Origin: Tubulanus polymorphus | Lineage: Eukaryota > Animalia > Nemertea | Direction: 5' to 3' | Length of the DNA: 64,000 nucleotides | Assembly (NCBI RefSeq): GCF_964204645.1 | Contig: NC_134032.1 | Span: 5,816,275 to 5,880,274, forward strand | In this document: positions 47,378 through 60,429 of the stretch, piece after piece | How the letters are laid out: each line of letters begins with the position of its first letter | How positions within the stretch are numbered: the stretch's first letter is position 1 | The notes under the pieces: generated by a model | What the model saw: the letters and a program-made list of their open reading frames with translations, nothing else | Told to the model about the DNA's origin: nothing | Databases searched by the model: none | Translations under genes and position numbers: made by a program

Positions 47378-48100
47378 TTAATAATGCAAACAGTGGTAAA
47401 AACTCTCAACTACTATGAGAATGACATCGGAACTGTTTTCAATGTGACATATGTAAACACATGAAGAAGCGACTCGACTTATACACCGACTATAGCCCTA
47501 GCACAACTTTTTAAACTGAAAATTTGACCTCGACTTATACACCGGGTCGACTTGTACACCGGAAAATACGGTATATCCTTACTTTATGTAGTAAAAATTT
47601 AAATAGAAAGCAATAGAACAACTAAAAGATTTATTTTTCCACTCATTTACCAACTTCTCCACCGATATGTCGGAAGGCCTGATGTAAGGGGTTTCATTGG
47701 GGTATAATTTCAGGCCTCAGAAAATTGTTACCTATGTATTTGACACTGATACATTGTATATACCATGGTGTTGATAACCATTGGGCTTACAAATAAGACA
47801 AATTATTTGGATGTATGTGACCTTGAGAATGGACAGTTTCTGGTTCTTCGTCATTGTAATAGGTGTCCGTTGCCATAACAACCGTATCAACAGGGTCTAA
47901 AAAAATTGTCACTGATTTCATTTTCATCATCAAAATCATTGCCGGCACCATAAACCTATTTTCTGACTAAGTCTCATCATCTGAACTGCTTCTGTCATAT
48001 TCGTTGTCACTCTCAATTTGTTCACTACCAAATTCCAAGTGACCAGCATCACTGTCAGCATCATATACGAGCTGCTGAACCGTTTCATCCAGCCAAATTG

Positions 48101-49377
48101 TTTTTTAGCCCACTTGGGACTTTAGTCCCAGCGGGCTATTGCGTTCACTTTTTGTCCGTCGTCCGTTCGTCCGTCCGTCCGTAGACGGAATCCAGTTATT
48201 TTGGGAAGTTTTGAAGACGCTTCAAGGTAATGTCTTGATATTTGGGTTACACATGTATCTACCCTAGACACATCTTCAGCCCAAAAACTGGCCCTGTCAG
48301 ATTCAAGATGGCCGACTGGCAGCCATTGTTGTTCGCCAAAATCAGCACTTTTTACACATTTTTGAACTTTTTGAGGGAAATTTTGAAGACGCTTTGATCA
48401 ATTACCTTGATCTTTCAGATATATGTGAATTCCTCCAGGGCCCATCAGCATAAGAAAAATTGGGTCGATCGGACTCAAGATGGCCGTCCTATGACCTTTT
48501 TAGTGCCCAAAAATTTTAATTTTGGCCCAAATTCTGAGTCCTGTAGCTTCCTACTGGTTTATCATTTCTCATTGCAATTTGTGATGGGTATTCTTTGGAA
48601 AGGGATGTTTTATACCTGAGACAGGTATTTTTCATCAGCCAATTATGACGCAATTGGCGGCCATCTTGGTGTCAGCAGTACTCGTTCGTAAGTGGGAAAA
48701 AGTTTTTCCACGTTATATTGATACCTAAGCGTATTTTGTTACCACAATCATTTAGAAAGTTGTAGCTCATAACGTGTTCTATGATTGTGGTGAGTTTCAA
48801 GGTCATTGGTTTTTGTATATGGCCACCAGGGGGCGTTGAATAATGCAATATCTTAGTATTTCTATATTATATTGGTATCAATGCATATTTTGTAACCACA
48901 ATCAATTGCAAAGTTGTAGCTCATGACATCATCTATGATTGTGGCAAGTTTTAAGGCCATTAGTTATTCTATATGGTCACCAGGGGGCGATAAATGGTAG
49001 AATAACTTAGTATTTCCTTATTATATTGGTACCTAGGCATATTTTGTTACCATGATCAATTACAAAGTTATAGTTCGTGACATGTTCTATGATTGTGGTG
49101 AGTTTCAAGGTCATTGGGTTTTAAATATGGTCACCAGGGGGCGTTGAATAGTAGAATAACTTAGTATTTCCATATTAAAGTGGTAACAAGGCATATTTTG
49201 TTATCACAATCAGTTACAAAATCGTAGCTGCTGACATGTTCTATGATTGTGGTGAGTTTCAAGGTCATTGGATTCTGTATATGGTCACCAGGGGGCGTTG
49301 AATATTGAAATTGTTAGATTGTTGAGCATTTGGAACCACTTCCCAAGTGGGCATGGTGTCCCTGGACCCCTAGTTTT
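48101..49377 (+). mobile_element. DINE-1/Helentron-associated non-autonomous element
   Basis: Inserted in a T run. 5' subTIR GCCCACTTGGGA pairs with 3' TCCCAAGTGGGC. (GTCC)n microsatellite at 48154-48182, ~154-bp internal tandem repeats at 48700-49310, and a CTAGTTTT end. Confidence 0.8.
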
Positions 49378-49648
49378 CATGGATGTTGCCATCTTGGATT
49401 TTATGCAGATGGCAGCACCGGCTGATACTGATAGATATGCCCTTCTAGAAGAAGGATTAAGTGATACCGTATCACATACGGCACGGGTATGCTAGCTTGC
49501 CAATTTGTACTGTATGCCATACGGTTGTGGTATTGTAAGGGTCAATGAATATAGTTGTACGAACCTTTAGATACTAGAAAGGTAAACCACTTTGCCAGTG
49601 CCAAATTATTATATCTAAAACTGACCTTTCATCTGAATTTGATTTCAG

Positions 49649-50052
49649 GAGTGAATCCCAGAGTCCGACCAAAATCTTCACCTAGAAATCAGAAGAAATT
49701 CCGGATGACCGCTCACAAAGACTCTTACGTCGATGAGACTTTATTCGGGCCGGCACCGGTTTATTGTGGTTGGGAGGCCCCTTGGGGCGAGCGCAGTCCA
49801 AAAACGCGCCCATTCCTATTCTCACCGACAGACTATCGCGTTAAGAAGGGCTGGGGCAGCTCGGCGGCTGGAGAGGTTGGACCAACAGCTACTAAACAGA
49901 TTCCTCCCCAGGGAATGCAGCGATCCAAACTCGATACCGCGTTGCAAATACCGGAACATTCGGGTGCGGACTACTGGCAGAGGCCAGCAGCGCCCTCTAG
50001 TGCTAGGAGTACAGCGCGGGAAACTAAACCAGCGTTGAAACCCTGGAGATGA
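49649..50052 (+). CDS. RITA1: RBPJ-interacting and tubulin-associated protein 1-like, coding exon 2
   Basis: GATTTCAG| acceptor in phase 1. Encodes KKFRMTAHKDSYVDETLFG and ends KPALKPWR* (vertebrate RITA ends ...KPPWK, from recall). Total CDS 708 nt, 235 aa. Confidence 0.88.
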
Positions 50053-50342
50053 ATATTTGGCCACCAAATCATACCATTCTGACTAAATTGGCATATGTTA
50101 TTGATAGAAATCTGTTTGTAAAATTGTTTATTTACAGAATATGACAGGATATTCAAAGGGGGTTGGGGAGGGCAAATTTGCAATCAACACTGTGTCTGTA
50201 ATACATGGAATACTATCTGGATTGGCACCTGATATTAGAATGCTTTATTGCTTCATTCAAGCTCGCAAAATCATTGGGGTTACAAAATAGATTGTTACAG
50301 TCAAATCTGGTAAAGTCATCATTCAATATGACGTAACATAAC

Positions 50343-50835
50343 CAGGGGCTGATCCAGCCTACCGCTACTACCACTTGAGCGGTACTCAGTGGATTGTAGA
50401 TAGAATGCCCTTCTTTTTTTCAAGTGCTGTGCTGGTAGATGTACAGTCAACGCTCAATATACCACCCTCATTTACCACCACCCCTACCTACCGCCAGGTA
50501 TTCTCGATGTACATCTAAAAACGAATACAAAGTAAAACACCCCCGATATACCGCCATAGTCTCTATACTGCCAAAATTGTTCTGCACCGATCTGGCCGGT
50601 ATATTGGTGGTTGACTGTAATTCGAAATGGCCAATTTCAATTATTGAAAATTGGTTAACTTCCTATTTTTAAGAATGATTTCTTTTAACATGTCAAAATG
50701 TCATATTTTGTGGATGCGGTGGATTTGATACCCCAAATTGACTCTCAGATTGCCCTGAGAATTCAAAATTTTCTGTGATATAGGTGCCTTTTCACAGTTA
50801 AGCAGTACTCAAAAACCTAGGCTAGATCCGCCCCT
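50343..50835. mobile_element. Harbinger-like MITE with a nested TA-flanked MITE (50444-50617)
   Basis: CAGGGGCTGATCCAGCC / GGCTAGATCCGCCCCT. Nested element: TA|CAGTCAAC...GTTGACTG|TA. Confidence 0.65.
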
Positions 50836-51433
50836 AATAACTTAATTCCTAATGATGCGTTTTTGGGTCCTGATTTGTGTATATGTTTCTACAGGTTGTC
50901 AAAATAATGATTAACCAAACCTTGATGACAAAGCGTGTTTGACTGTACAGTACAGTAAACCTTGGTTAATCTGACCACATTTAAACTGTATAGGTACTTA
51001 TTCAGTATGCATAAATTGGCCCCGGTTTAAAGTAATCGTATTCCCATTTCTTCATTGAATTTGTTATCCACTATTTATATTTTCACTTATTCGTTAGACA
51101 TATATACATGGTCCTATTGTCTCATTTCTATTTGTGAAACCTCATGTGTAGGCCTAATCAGTATCAACTGTCAGTGTCATTCATTTATAGTGAAAAGAAT
51201 GTAGCAGAAGATTCCTTATGATGACTCAATGCCTTTAAAACTCCTACTGAACTGAAAATGCTGAAAATGCTTTAAATGGTGTTCGAAACTTATTTCTTGA
51301 GGAAGATAGCACAGGGAAAGCCCTTCAGAAAGGCATCAAGAACATGGTCCTTAGCAGGAACATGGTATTGACAGATTTTTGCCCTCAAAAGTAAAATCAG
51401 TTGATCCTTCTGGACCAATGGTCCTTCATTTAA

Positions 51434-52645
51434 TTTTTAGCCCACTTGGGACTTTGGTCCTTATTGCGTTCACTTTTTGTCCGTTCGTCCATCCATAGAC
51501 GGAATCCAGTTATTTTAGGAAGTTTTGAAGACACTGCAAGGTAATGTCTTGATATTTGGTTTATACATGTATCTACTCTAGACACATCTTCAGCCCAAAA
51601 ATTGGCCTGGTCAAGATAGCCGACTGGCAGCCATTTTTGTTCACCAAAATCAGCACTTTTTACACATTTTTGAAATTCTCAAAGGAAATTTTGAAGAGGC
51701 TTTAATCAATTTCCTTGATTGTTTACATATTATATTTGTATCCCCCAAGGGTTTATCAGCATGAGAATCCTAATGGTTTCGCATTTTGCATCACAATTTG
51801 TGGTGGGTATTCTATGAAAAGGAATCTTTAATGCATTTGACAGGTATTTTAGATATTGAATAATATACAATTTGTCTACTTATCATCGTACCATGCATAT
51901 TTTGTATCTACAATCGATTGCAAACTTGTAGCTCATGGCATTTTCAATGATTTTGGTGAGTTTCAATTTTATTGGTTTTTGTATATGGCCACCAGGGAGC
52001 ATTGAATTGTACAATAAATTAGTTTTCACATATTGTATTGGTATCTATGCATATCTTGTAACCACAATCAATTGCAAAGTTGTAGCTTGACATATCTTAT
52101 GATTGGTGAGTTTGAAGGTCATTGGATTTTGTACATGGTCACCAGGGGGCGTTGAAAAATAGGATCACTTAGTATTTCCATATTATATTGGTACCTATGC
52201 ATATTTTGTGACTTCATTCAATTGCAAACTTGTGGCTCATGGCATATTCTATGATTGTGGTGAGTTTCAAGGTCATTGGTTTCAGTATATGTCACCAGGG
52301 GGCATTGAATATTAGAATAACTTATTATTTCCATATTATATTGGTATCTAGGCATATTTTGTTACCACAATACATTGCAAAATTCTAACTCATGACATGT
52401 TATATGATTGTGGTGAGTTTCAAGGTCATTGGTGTTTGTATACGATCACCAGGAGGCGTTAAATAGTACAATTACTTAGCATTTCCATATGATATTGGTA
52501 CCTAGGCATATTTTGTTACTACAATCAGTTGCAAAGTTGTAGCTCATAACATGTTTGCAGTAAGTTTTAAGGTATTTGCTTTTGCACATAGTCGCCAGGG
52601 GGCGTTGAATAGTAGGACAATATAGTATTTTCATGCAATATTGGG
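51434..52645 (+). mobile_element. Second, 3'-truncated and diverged copy of the DINE/Helentron-like element
   Basis: Same 5' end TTTTTAGCCCACTTGGGACTTT, and the same core and ~154-bp repeats as 48101-49377. Confidence 0.8.
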
Positions 52646-52849
52646 ATCTGTCGAAAGAACCTCTAATCCCCCTTTTGTTTTTCGTTCCGATTCTGATTTT
52701 AGTCTTGGATGCAACCTGAATGATTTATTTCAGAACTTCACCCATTCCTGAGCGTGGCACTCCATATACTGTGTGTACCAAAGAGTGTGTCCGATAGCGA
52801 TATGTTACCACTGACATTCAGGTTCTCGCCTGTGAATCGACTTAACAAT

Positions 52850-52881
<32 letters not shown>

Positions 52882-53124
52882 CTTTATTTTTCAAAGAAAT
52901 TGAAACAATTTATAACATGATATCCATACATAAATATAAATAAGTATAAAATGTGCCAATATCAAATGAAGGAACCCAGTGAAGCAAATGCTTGTAGATC
53001 TGGGCACCCACTCTACACACACTCATTCTTCACAAGCATGCAGACATTCACAGATTCACACACAACATACCAGTACAGTTAACATGGCTCAGATAAATGA
53101 TTATTTGAAATTCAGTATTTTAAG

Positions 53125-56080
53125 AGTTTATTGCTATTAAATGATTGTTTGAGGGAATTTAGTGATTTTTTTGATTTAAGGTTGTTATTGGAGTTTTGCC
53201 ACATTATTGGAATTAAATTGAGGAAACTTTAATTATAAATGCTTTTCTTATGGTGAGCGTTTCGGGGATGATTGTGCTGACGAGTATTGTACTGATGATA
53301 TACCGAATTCTTTTGAAATAAGTCTATGATCGGTGCTGGTAGTTCATTGTTGATAAGCTGATATGCGTGTCTAAGTATTTCTAACTGGATCATATCTTGG
53401 AATTTTAGAATTTTTAATTTGCGAAAGATTGGATCTGTGGGGCTATTGTATGCTGATTTAGAAATAATTCGAACGGCTTTTTTCTGTAATTTTTCTAATC
53501 TGGACAGGTTTCTTTTTAAGATAAGAGGGCCCCATGAGATGAGTGAGTACGTAAAATGGCAATGGATATAACTGAAATAAAGTTGTCAAACAATATGTAG
53601 GTACTTAATGTTTAACAGAGTTAATTAAATAAATTTGACTAGCTATTTTGGTGCAGATTTTACTAATGTGTAAATTGAAATCAAGAATCTCGTCTAAATG
53701 TAATTCAAGGAAGCATGTTGATGATACTAAATTAAGTTCCTTGTTGTCTACTTTTATCGTATAATCTTGATTCTTAATATTTTTAGTTCTATTTGGTTTA
53801 AAAAGAATTACTTTTGTTTTAGAAATGTTAACAGTTAAATTATTAGCAGTAAACCAATCTTGTAGTATATTCAAGTCATTTTCAATGGTTTGTATCAGAT
53901 AATCAATTGAGCTTCCACTAATATATACGGTCGTGTCGTCGGCGAATAAGATAGGTTTACATTTTTTCAGACACATGTGCATATCGTTAATGTATACTAA
54001 AAACACTAATGGTCCTAATACGGAACCTTGAGGTATACCGTAGTTAATGTGTGATATTTCAGATTGAATACTGGAGAAGTTAACATACATTGAGCGCTTT
54101 TCTAGGTAACTTTTAAACCATGACAAAACATTTCCTCTTATACCATATACATATAATTTATGAATTAGATATTCAATATTTAGGCAATCGAATGCTTTAC
54201 TCAAATCAATAAATGCGGCTAGTGTAAAACAGTTAGATTCAAATGATTTTATTATATTTCCTATTAGTTCCATGCTAGCATGGCTGGTAGCATGGCCAGT
54301 TCTAAAACCATATTGACTTTTATATAAGATAGAGTACTTAACCAAATAGCCATATAATCGCTTGTGTATTATCTTTTCAAGAATTTTAGAGATGGTTGGC
54401 AATAGTGATATCGGTCGATAGTTTTCAAAGCTCCTTTTATCGTCTCTTTTATAGATAGGTGTAACACTGGCTATTTTAAATGCGTCCGGGAAGATTCCAG
54501 TTTCTATTGATTTATTAAAAATTGTAACAAGAGGTTTTGCAATTATGTTACCGATGTGCTTTAAAAGAATACTACTAATATTATCGTGACCCGCGGACGG
54601 TTTGGGATCAAAATTAGAAATTATTTTTTCAACTTCACTTTCATCCGTCGGAAATAAAAACAAGTTACTGCTATACATATCAGGCATATAATCTTTGAAA
54701 TCTGTTCTTGGTTTTGGAAGTTTTTTTGATAACTCATGACCTACAGAACTGAAGAATTTACAAAAACCATTACTAATGTCTTGCTTGTTATTACTTAATT
54801 TACCATTTATATTAAAGATATCAGGAATGCAATCTTTATTATTTGTTTTTCCGAGATCTTTCATAGTGGACCAAAGTTTTCTACCGTTATTTCTAAAATT
54901 AGTTAATTTTTCACTGTAGAATCTTTCCTTTGCTGCTCTTTTAGCAGAATTATAGGCGTTACGATATTTTTTATATTCAACGTAGTTCGGGTGGTTTTTA
55001 TCAAGTCCGATAATACTTTTATACAACTAATTACATCTGCCGGAGCAGTTGATGAGGCCTCGTGTCATCCAAGGCTCTATTATACTTTTATTGCGTGTAG
55101 GTAGTGGGATGATCGGTGCATAATAATCTATGATATCAGATAATTTCTTATGGAAATAATTGTAACTACTATTGACATCCAGCTGGTCTAAGACTGACCA
55201 ATCAGTTGCAAATGGGGCACGTTTTATATAATACACATTTTTATTGTCCAATTTTCTGCTTTTTACCTTATGTTTATCTTTAAAATTAGTTGATGCACCC
55301 GTATTGATGCTAACTAAACACGGAAGGTGATCTGACAAATCAGCCAGTAGGATGGCAGAACTCACACCTCCTTTCATATTACTATCAACGTATACGTTGT
55401 CAACGAGCGTAGCCGTGTCGCGGGTAATGCGACGAACGATCGTTGGATAAAGTCCATTTGTTAAGTAAAGATCAAAGAATTTTGCAGTATTTACATGGGT
55501 GTCCATTTTTAACAAATCAAGATTTTGGTCAGTGCCAATGATTAATCGCTTATTTTCGCTCTTTACTTTTTCAATGCAGGTTTTATAGTCACACAAAAAT
55601 TGGGGTTCACTTGTACCAGGGATTCGATATACCTCTCCGATTATTAACTTATTATTTAGCTCAACAAAGCATGACTCAAACTGTCCAGATTTAAAAATTT
55701 GCAGGTCTTTTCTTTCTGTAAATTCTAAATCCTGATGTATGAATATGGCAACACCACACCTTGTTTGGTCTGGCGATGTTCCTCTATTAAATTATACCCT
55801 GGTATTTGAATTTTACATTTGTTATTTTCATTCATCAGTGTTTCACATATTAAAATTAGATGTAGTATACATCCTTGATCTTTTAAAATACTGACAATGT
55901 TTCTCAATTCACTTAATGTAAACTATGGATATTTAATTGAAGTATATTAAGGGCTGTATTATCAGAAATTAACTCCTTTACATCATATATATGTTTATAC
56001 GGACATAAATTATTTAGTGGATTTTCGCTTATATCATCATTGAGATAGAAATCGCTATCATTTAGCACCGTTTTCATATG
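53125..56080 (-). pseudogene. LINE ORF2: apurinic endonuclease + reverse transcriptase, interrupted
   Basis: APE motifs LQLNIHSL, ICET, GTDQN, TLVDNVY and SDHLP. RT motifs NYRPISLL, QYGFR, DLSKAFD, GIPQGSVLGP and LFADDT. Split by stops and frameshifts. Confidence 0.92.
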
Positions 56081-56200
56081 GTTGGCAACATCAGAGTTTC
56101 CTAAGCACATAACATGTTGATTAAAAATGAAATAGTAAGTAACATCCGATGAAGGATCTTTAAACCTTGACTAATTATTCCTCCTAAAGCAGCGTATTTT

Positions 56201-57298
56201 TTACTCATTAACATTTGGCTTTTTAGAAAGTTTTCCCGCACTCGGTGGAGTTTGCGTTGATGATCTCTCTTTTCTTTTCTTATTTGTGGGCGTTGTGAAG
56301 ACTTCATCTCTGTTCGAAAGTACATATTGGAAGTGATCGGAAAGCGTGGATTTTCCGTGTTCATTTAAATGAATTCCGCCTTGGTTACTAATGGCATAGT
56401 AACGTTCACGCAATTTACCGCTAGGTTTTAAGACGAGATCGTTATCAATGAATGTTATATTTTGCTTTGAGCAAAATTTATTCATATACGAATTTATCGA
56501 GGTAGCCATAGAGTTGAAATCGTTTGCGCTGTTGCTTGCTCCCCTTCTGGGTATAATGCTGGAAAAACAGATTTTGGCACTTGGAAAATTTTCGGTAACC
56601 TTGGCCAAAGTAAGAGTTATATTCATTTTCACTGCGTCAGGGTCAGATTTATTTCGGTTTATGTCATTTGTGCCGAGATGCAACACGACCTTTGTCACGC
56701 TGCCAGGGTCGGGAATTTCCAAATTTGCTTTCTCAATGAGATTTTCAATGTGTTCGGCACTAGCACCTGACTGGTAGATCGCTACGCCGTCTGGGTACAC
56801 GAATTCACTCATATTTGAATCGCCGAGAATGACAACTTTTTCAGTTGCCTGTTTAATCGATAGGTCCGCTACCGATTCCGCTACTTGTACGCTCTCAATT
56901 TCACGTTGTGTGGTTGTCTCACTAGGTTGGTCACTGGTATCGTCCGAAGAACGCGCTTTCAGCAGTGGACAGTCATAACTGATATGGTTCGGTGATTTAC
57001 ATTTATGACATAGTTTAGACTGAGTACGATCAGGGCACCTGTAGAATTTGTGATCAGTACTCAGACATAGTTGACATATAGAATCACAGAAAATTCTTAC
57101 TGGAAAGTTTCCAATTTTTGTATAGTTCGGCAAAACTTCTTTAATATTATATAGCTGCAGGTATCTAGTTCCTGTAAAAATGTTTGTTCCTTTAATAAGA
57201 CCCCTTTTTAGGGAATTATTCACGAAATCACCATATTTCGAGATGAATGCGATTATAATTTTATCATCCATTTCAATGGGCGCATCTACAACTTTCAC
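56201..57298 (-). CDS. LINE ORF1: two CCHC zinc knuckles + SGNH/GDSL esterase domain (5'-truncated)
   Basis: CQLCLSTDHKFYRC and CHKCKSPNHISYDC (CX2CX4HX4C). SGNH blocks VILGDS, SGAS, LHLGTND and GGIHLN. Confidence 0.85.
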   Translation of the reverse strand: MKVVDAPIEMDDKIIIAFISKYGDFVNNSLKRGLIKGTNIFTGTRYLQLYNIKEVLPNYTKIGNFPVRIFCDSICQLCLSTDHKFYRCPDRTQSKLCHKCKSPNHISYDCPLLKARSSDDTSDQPSETTTQREIESVQVAESVADLSIKQATEKVVILGDSNMSEFVYPDGVAIYQSGASAEHIENLIEKANLEIPDPGSVTKVVLHLGTNDINRNKSDPDAVKMNITLTLAKVTENFPSAKICFSSIIPRRGASNSANDFNSMATSINSYMNKFCSKQNITFIDNDLVLKPSGKLRERYYAISNQGGIHLNEHGKSTLSDHFQYVLSNRDEVFTTPTNKKRKERSSTQTPPSAGKLSKKPNVNE

Positions 57299-58657
57299 AT
57301 TGATAATAGTAAGTAATTAAAGAATGGAACATGTTATTGATAAAAGAAAATCACCATCATTTAGGCTATGCATATGTTGGGCTATATTGATCGAAGTGCT
57401 TTTCTCTGCTTTGATACGTAACCAATTATAAGTTTCAATAACCACTATAAATTAAGATACGTTGTATATTAAAACATGTTCAAGGTATGTATGGTATGAT
57501 CAATTGTCTAAATCTGTTTTGGGATAAATAAAATATGTGACTAAACTTTAATGAAATTATCTTTACATTTCTGGTTTTTAAAGTAAAATTTTAATTTAGA
57601 AATTTAATACTACAGTTATAATTGATTATCTATTCGTACAATTATCCCCCTCTCCTCTGTTGCAGAATGGAAATTTTATTAAAACTATTGGAATAATATT
57701 ATGATATAGCAGTGGTTTAAATAGAGGGGGAAAATAGTGCTGCCCAGTAAGCTTACGGTTTGGATGCATGGCCTTGGCCCGCTATTTTGGGGCTTGAATC
57801 CACTTTAAAGTAATGTTTGATATCAGCTGAAACCCGGACTGGATTCTATATTTCACCCGACACGAAAAAAACAAAGGGCGGTTAGAGGTATGTTCTTTAG
57901 ACAGACCCATGATATATGCATATTTTGTGACCACAATCAATAGCAAAGTTGAAGCTCTGATGATTTTGATATTTTTAATACTTAGTGCACGACGCGAGTC
58001 GATTGCTTTGTCAGCAATAACGCGTTTACCTGTATCCATTACGTTTTTTTATATATATAAACGTTTTTTTATATATTCTTTTCATTATTACATGATTTAT
58101 AAATAATTACATAATACAAGTCTTCTTGTAATTGCATGTAGTAATAGTGTATATCGCAAAATGGTGGCTGCGGGGTAAGATGATCACCACTTACTGAGGT
58201 AAGTTGATCAAAGACAAACTTAACCCTATAGGTTAAGTGATTTTGCATGAATATTTTCTTGTCACCGATGTCAATCTGTCAAAATGCCGAGAAAATATCA
58301 CGAAGAACGAAGCGATCTCAGCTACGCCTGTAACGATGTTTTAGTTCGGGTGGCTAAAGCATGTGAAGCTGGAGGAAAATACAAAACTGTTGCAGCTGGA
58401 TTTATAATGAATAACAAGACGAGTAGTACTATATAGGTTAGCTATTTATTTGAATCACGAGCTTTCGCTACCGCATGCAATGCATAGAAGCTTAATCAGG
58501 TGAATGGGGTCCTGCCAAAGTATGAAACGACGAAATGAGATACGAAATTACGAAATGTTAATTTTTGCGATTAGTGTTAATTTGTTTGCGTTAAGCTCGT
58601 TATATCGCCACGAGACTGTCCAAATTTTGGCTGTAAATGTTATAGTTTTCCCCAGCT

Positions 58658-59122
58658 CAGGCGCGGATCCAGTTTATCGCACATGCAGCACGTGCGGTAG
58701 TCGCAGTTTTAGAATGCCCTTGAAAAATTGTTGTTTCGGGAAAAAAAAAGTAAATAAAAGGGCACACAATTTGTGCGCCATAAGAAATAATTGCCTTTCT
58801 GTACTAGGACTAAAGCAAAATGTGAATGAAAATAAATTGCCCAAAATCAAAAAAGGCAATCTAAGGCATTTTCCTTTACTCAAAAGGACACTATTCTAAA
58901 AGAGACATTATTGTTGCTCTATAAATCTAATCGAAAAAGGGCCAATTTCGCCAAAAATCTAAAAAAGGCACAAGTAAATTGAATGTGAAGGCAAATTAAG
59001 TGGCATGATACCAATAAATGGCACTCAAACTCGCTCGCTGGGCATTAATACTGGCCCTTTTCAAAGTTGTTGCCCTTTTTTCACTGTGCTGTAGTCACCG
59101 AATGGCCCTGGATCCGCGCCTG
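58658..59122. mobile_element. Harbinger-like MITE
   Basis: Perfect 15-bp TIR CAGGCGCGGATCCAG / CTGGATCCGCGCCTG, with CAGCT on both flanks. Confidence 0.75.
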
Positions 59123-60429
59123 CAGCTTGTGGTAACAGTTGGAGGTCCACTACGATACAAATCACTCGTCTAATAAACAACTCAACCTGATAACTTTCTT
59201 ACACTTGCCTTCGCTTTATTGTCCTAAACAGGAGAGAACAATGGTTCATTCAGAACCCATCACTAGAAGAGATTCCCTGGAGTTCGACCACAGCTCCAGA
59301 TGGCAAAGTTCTTTTTAATGCAATAGTTCTGGACGCCGGTTTGTCTCACAAAAGCTCTATTGATTTTTCACCAAAACTGTTCGTCTCTCCCCTTGAGTCT
59401 ATTTACAATATGTACAGCATGTGGGGTTCGCACCGAGGTCACGATTAGTACCCACTAGAAGTCGCACTATGTGAGTACACCCTCCAGTGTGTGGTCTCCC
59501 CCGAATAATCCGATACGCATGATGATCATCCGACAGTCCCGAGTTATCAACGTTTACCAGGGCACCGATCTCCATCAGACTGCTTCTGAAAATACAGTAA
59601 ACTCCGCCTAAGTCGGATCAATTTGCACCCGATAATTTCGTCCGACGTAGCTGGAATCCGACTTGGAAGACCAATTTTTTCAATATTTTGGAACTGATTT
59701 ATGAAGGACTATGGTTGCTTATAAAGGTTTTATTCACTGTAAAAACTGTTATACATGTATAAAGAAAAAAACGTGAACAAATAATCAAATTTTTTCTATT
59801 TGAATTATTAGTAACCTCGGCTTTTGATTATCTGCAGCTTGTATCATCTGTCTGATGTACGATCGATTGGCCCTATCTAAATCTGTAGCCGGGGAATCCC
59901 CGCGTCAGCATTCGCATGACGGGTGCGACCTCGCATGCCAGCAGTCGTTCTGCTGTCAGTGTCATTTATCCGGAATTCGAACCCACCCTCAGAATTGTTT
60001 GGAACCGTCACTGCCGGCCCTTACGAGCATTATTGGTCCGGTCATCAATTGTCAGAATTCATTGGGGATTAAATAACACTGGTTAGACCAATGGTCGTTC
60101 AGAAAATACGACTTGGGCGCATTAAGTAACGCACGAAAACGATTGAGACACGCGATTATCCAACTTGACCGGCTACGGCTGAGGTGAATACGAAAGCATT
60201 TCTTTATGATAGGAAACTGAAAATTTTTCTTGATATTGCACCGAGTTGAGCGGTTATACGACTCGGTCGGATCCGACTTAGGCAGAGTTTACTGGTACAA
60301 GAAAAAGGCCAGCACAACATCGAAAAACACGAAACTCGAACATAGTATGCTTGAAGTACGTAGCAAACAGTTACCAAATTGGAACATGGGGAATCACTTA
60401 AGATGTCCAACCAGCGAGCGAGTAAACTA

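Larger units (their letters stand above)
44594..47571. mobile_element. Tc1/mariner-superfamily (Tc2/pogo-like) MITE, ~660 bp once the piggyBac is removed
   Basis: TA|CCGTATTTTCCGGTGTATAAG ... CTTGTACACCGGAAAATACGG|TA, with subterminal TCGACTTATACACCG repeats. Confidence 0.88.
43929..49497 (+). mobile_element. Putative Helentron-like non-autonomous host element, fragmented by nested insertions
   Basis: 5' TTTAACCCTTTC pairs loosely with 3' GAAGGATTAA (49451), followed by a ...GGCACGGGTATGCTAG end. Diverged internal repeat units at ~43980-44100 and 47685-47815. Confidence 0.4.
52851..57310 (-). mobile_element. CR1/L2-group LINE, near full length but degenerate
   Basis: ORF1, APE, RT, 3' UTR and an (TTA)10 tail (plus-strand TAA repeats, 52851-52880), in the expected order. 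Confidence 0.92.
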
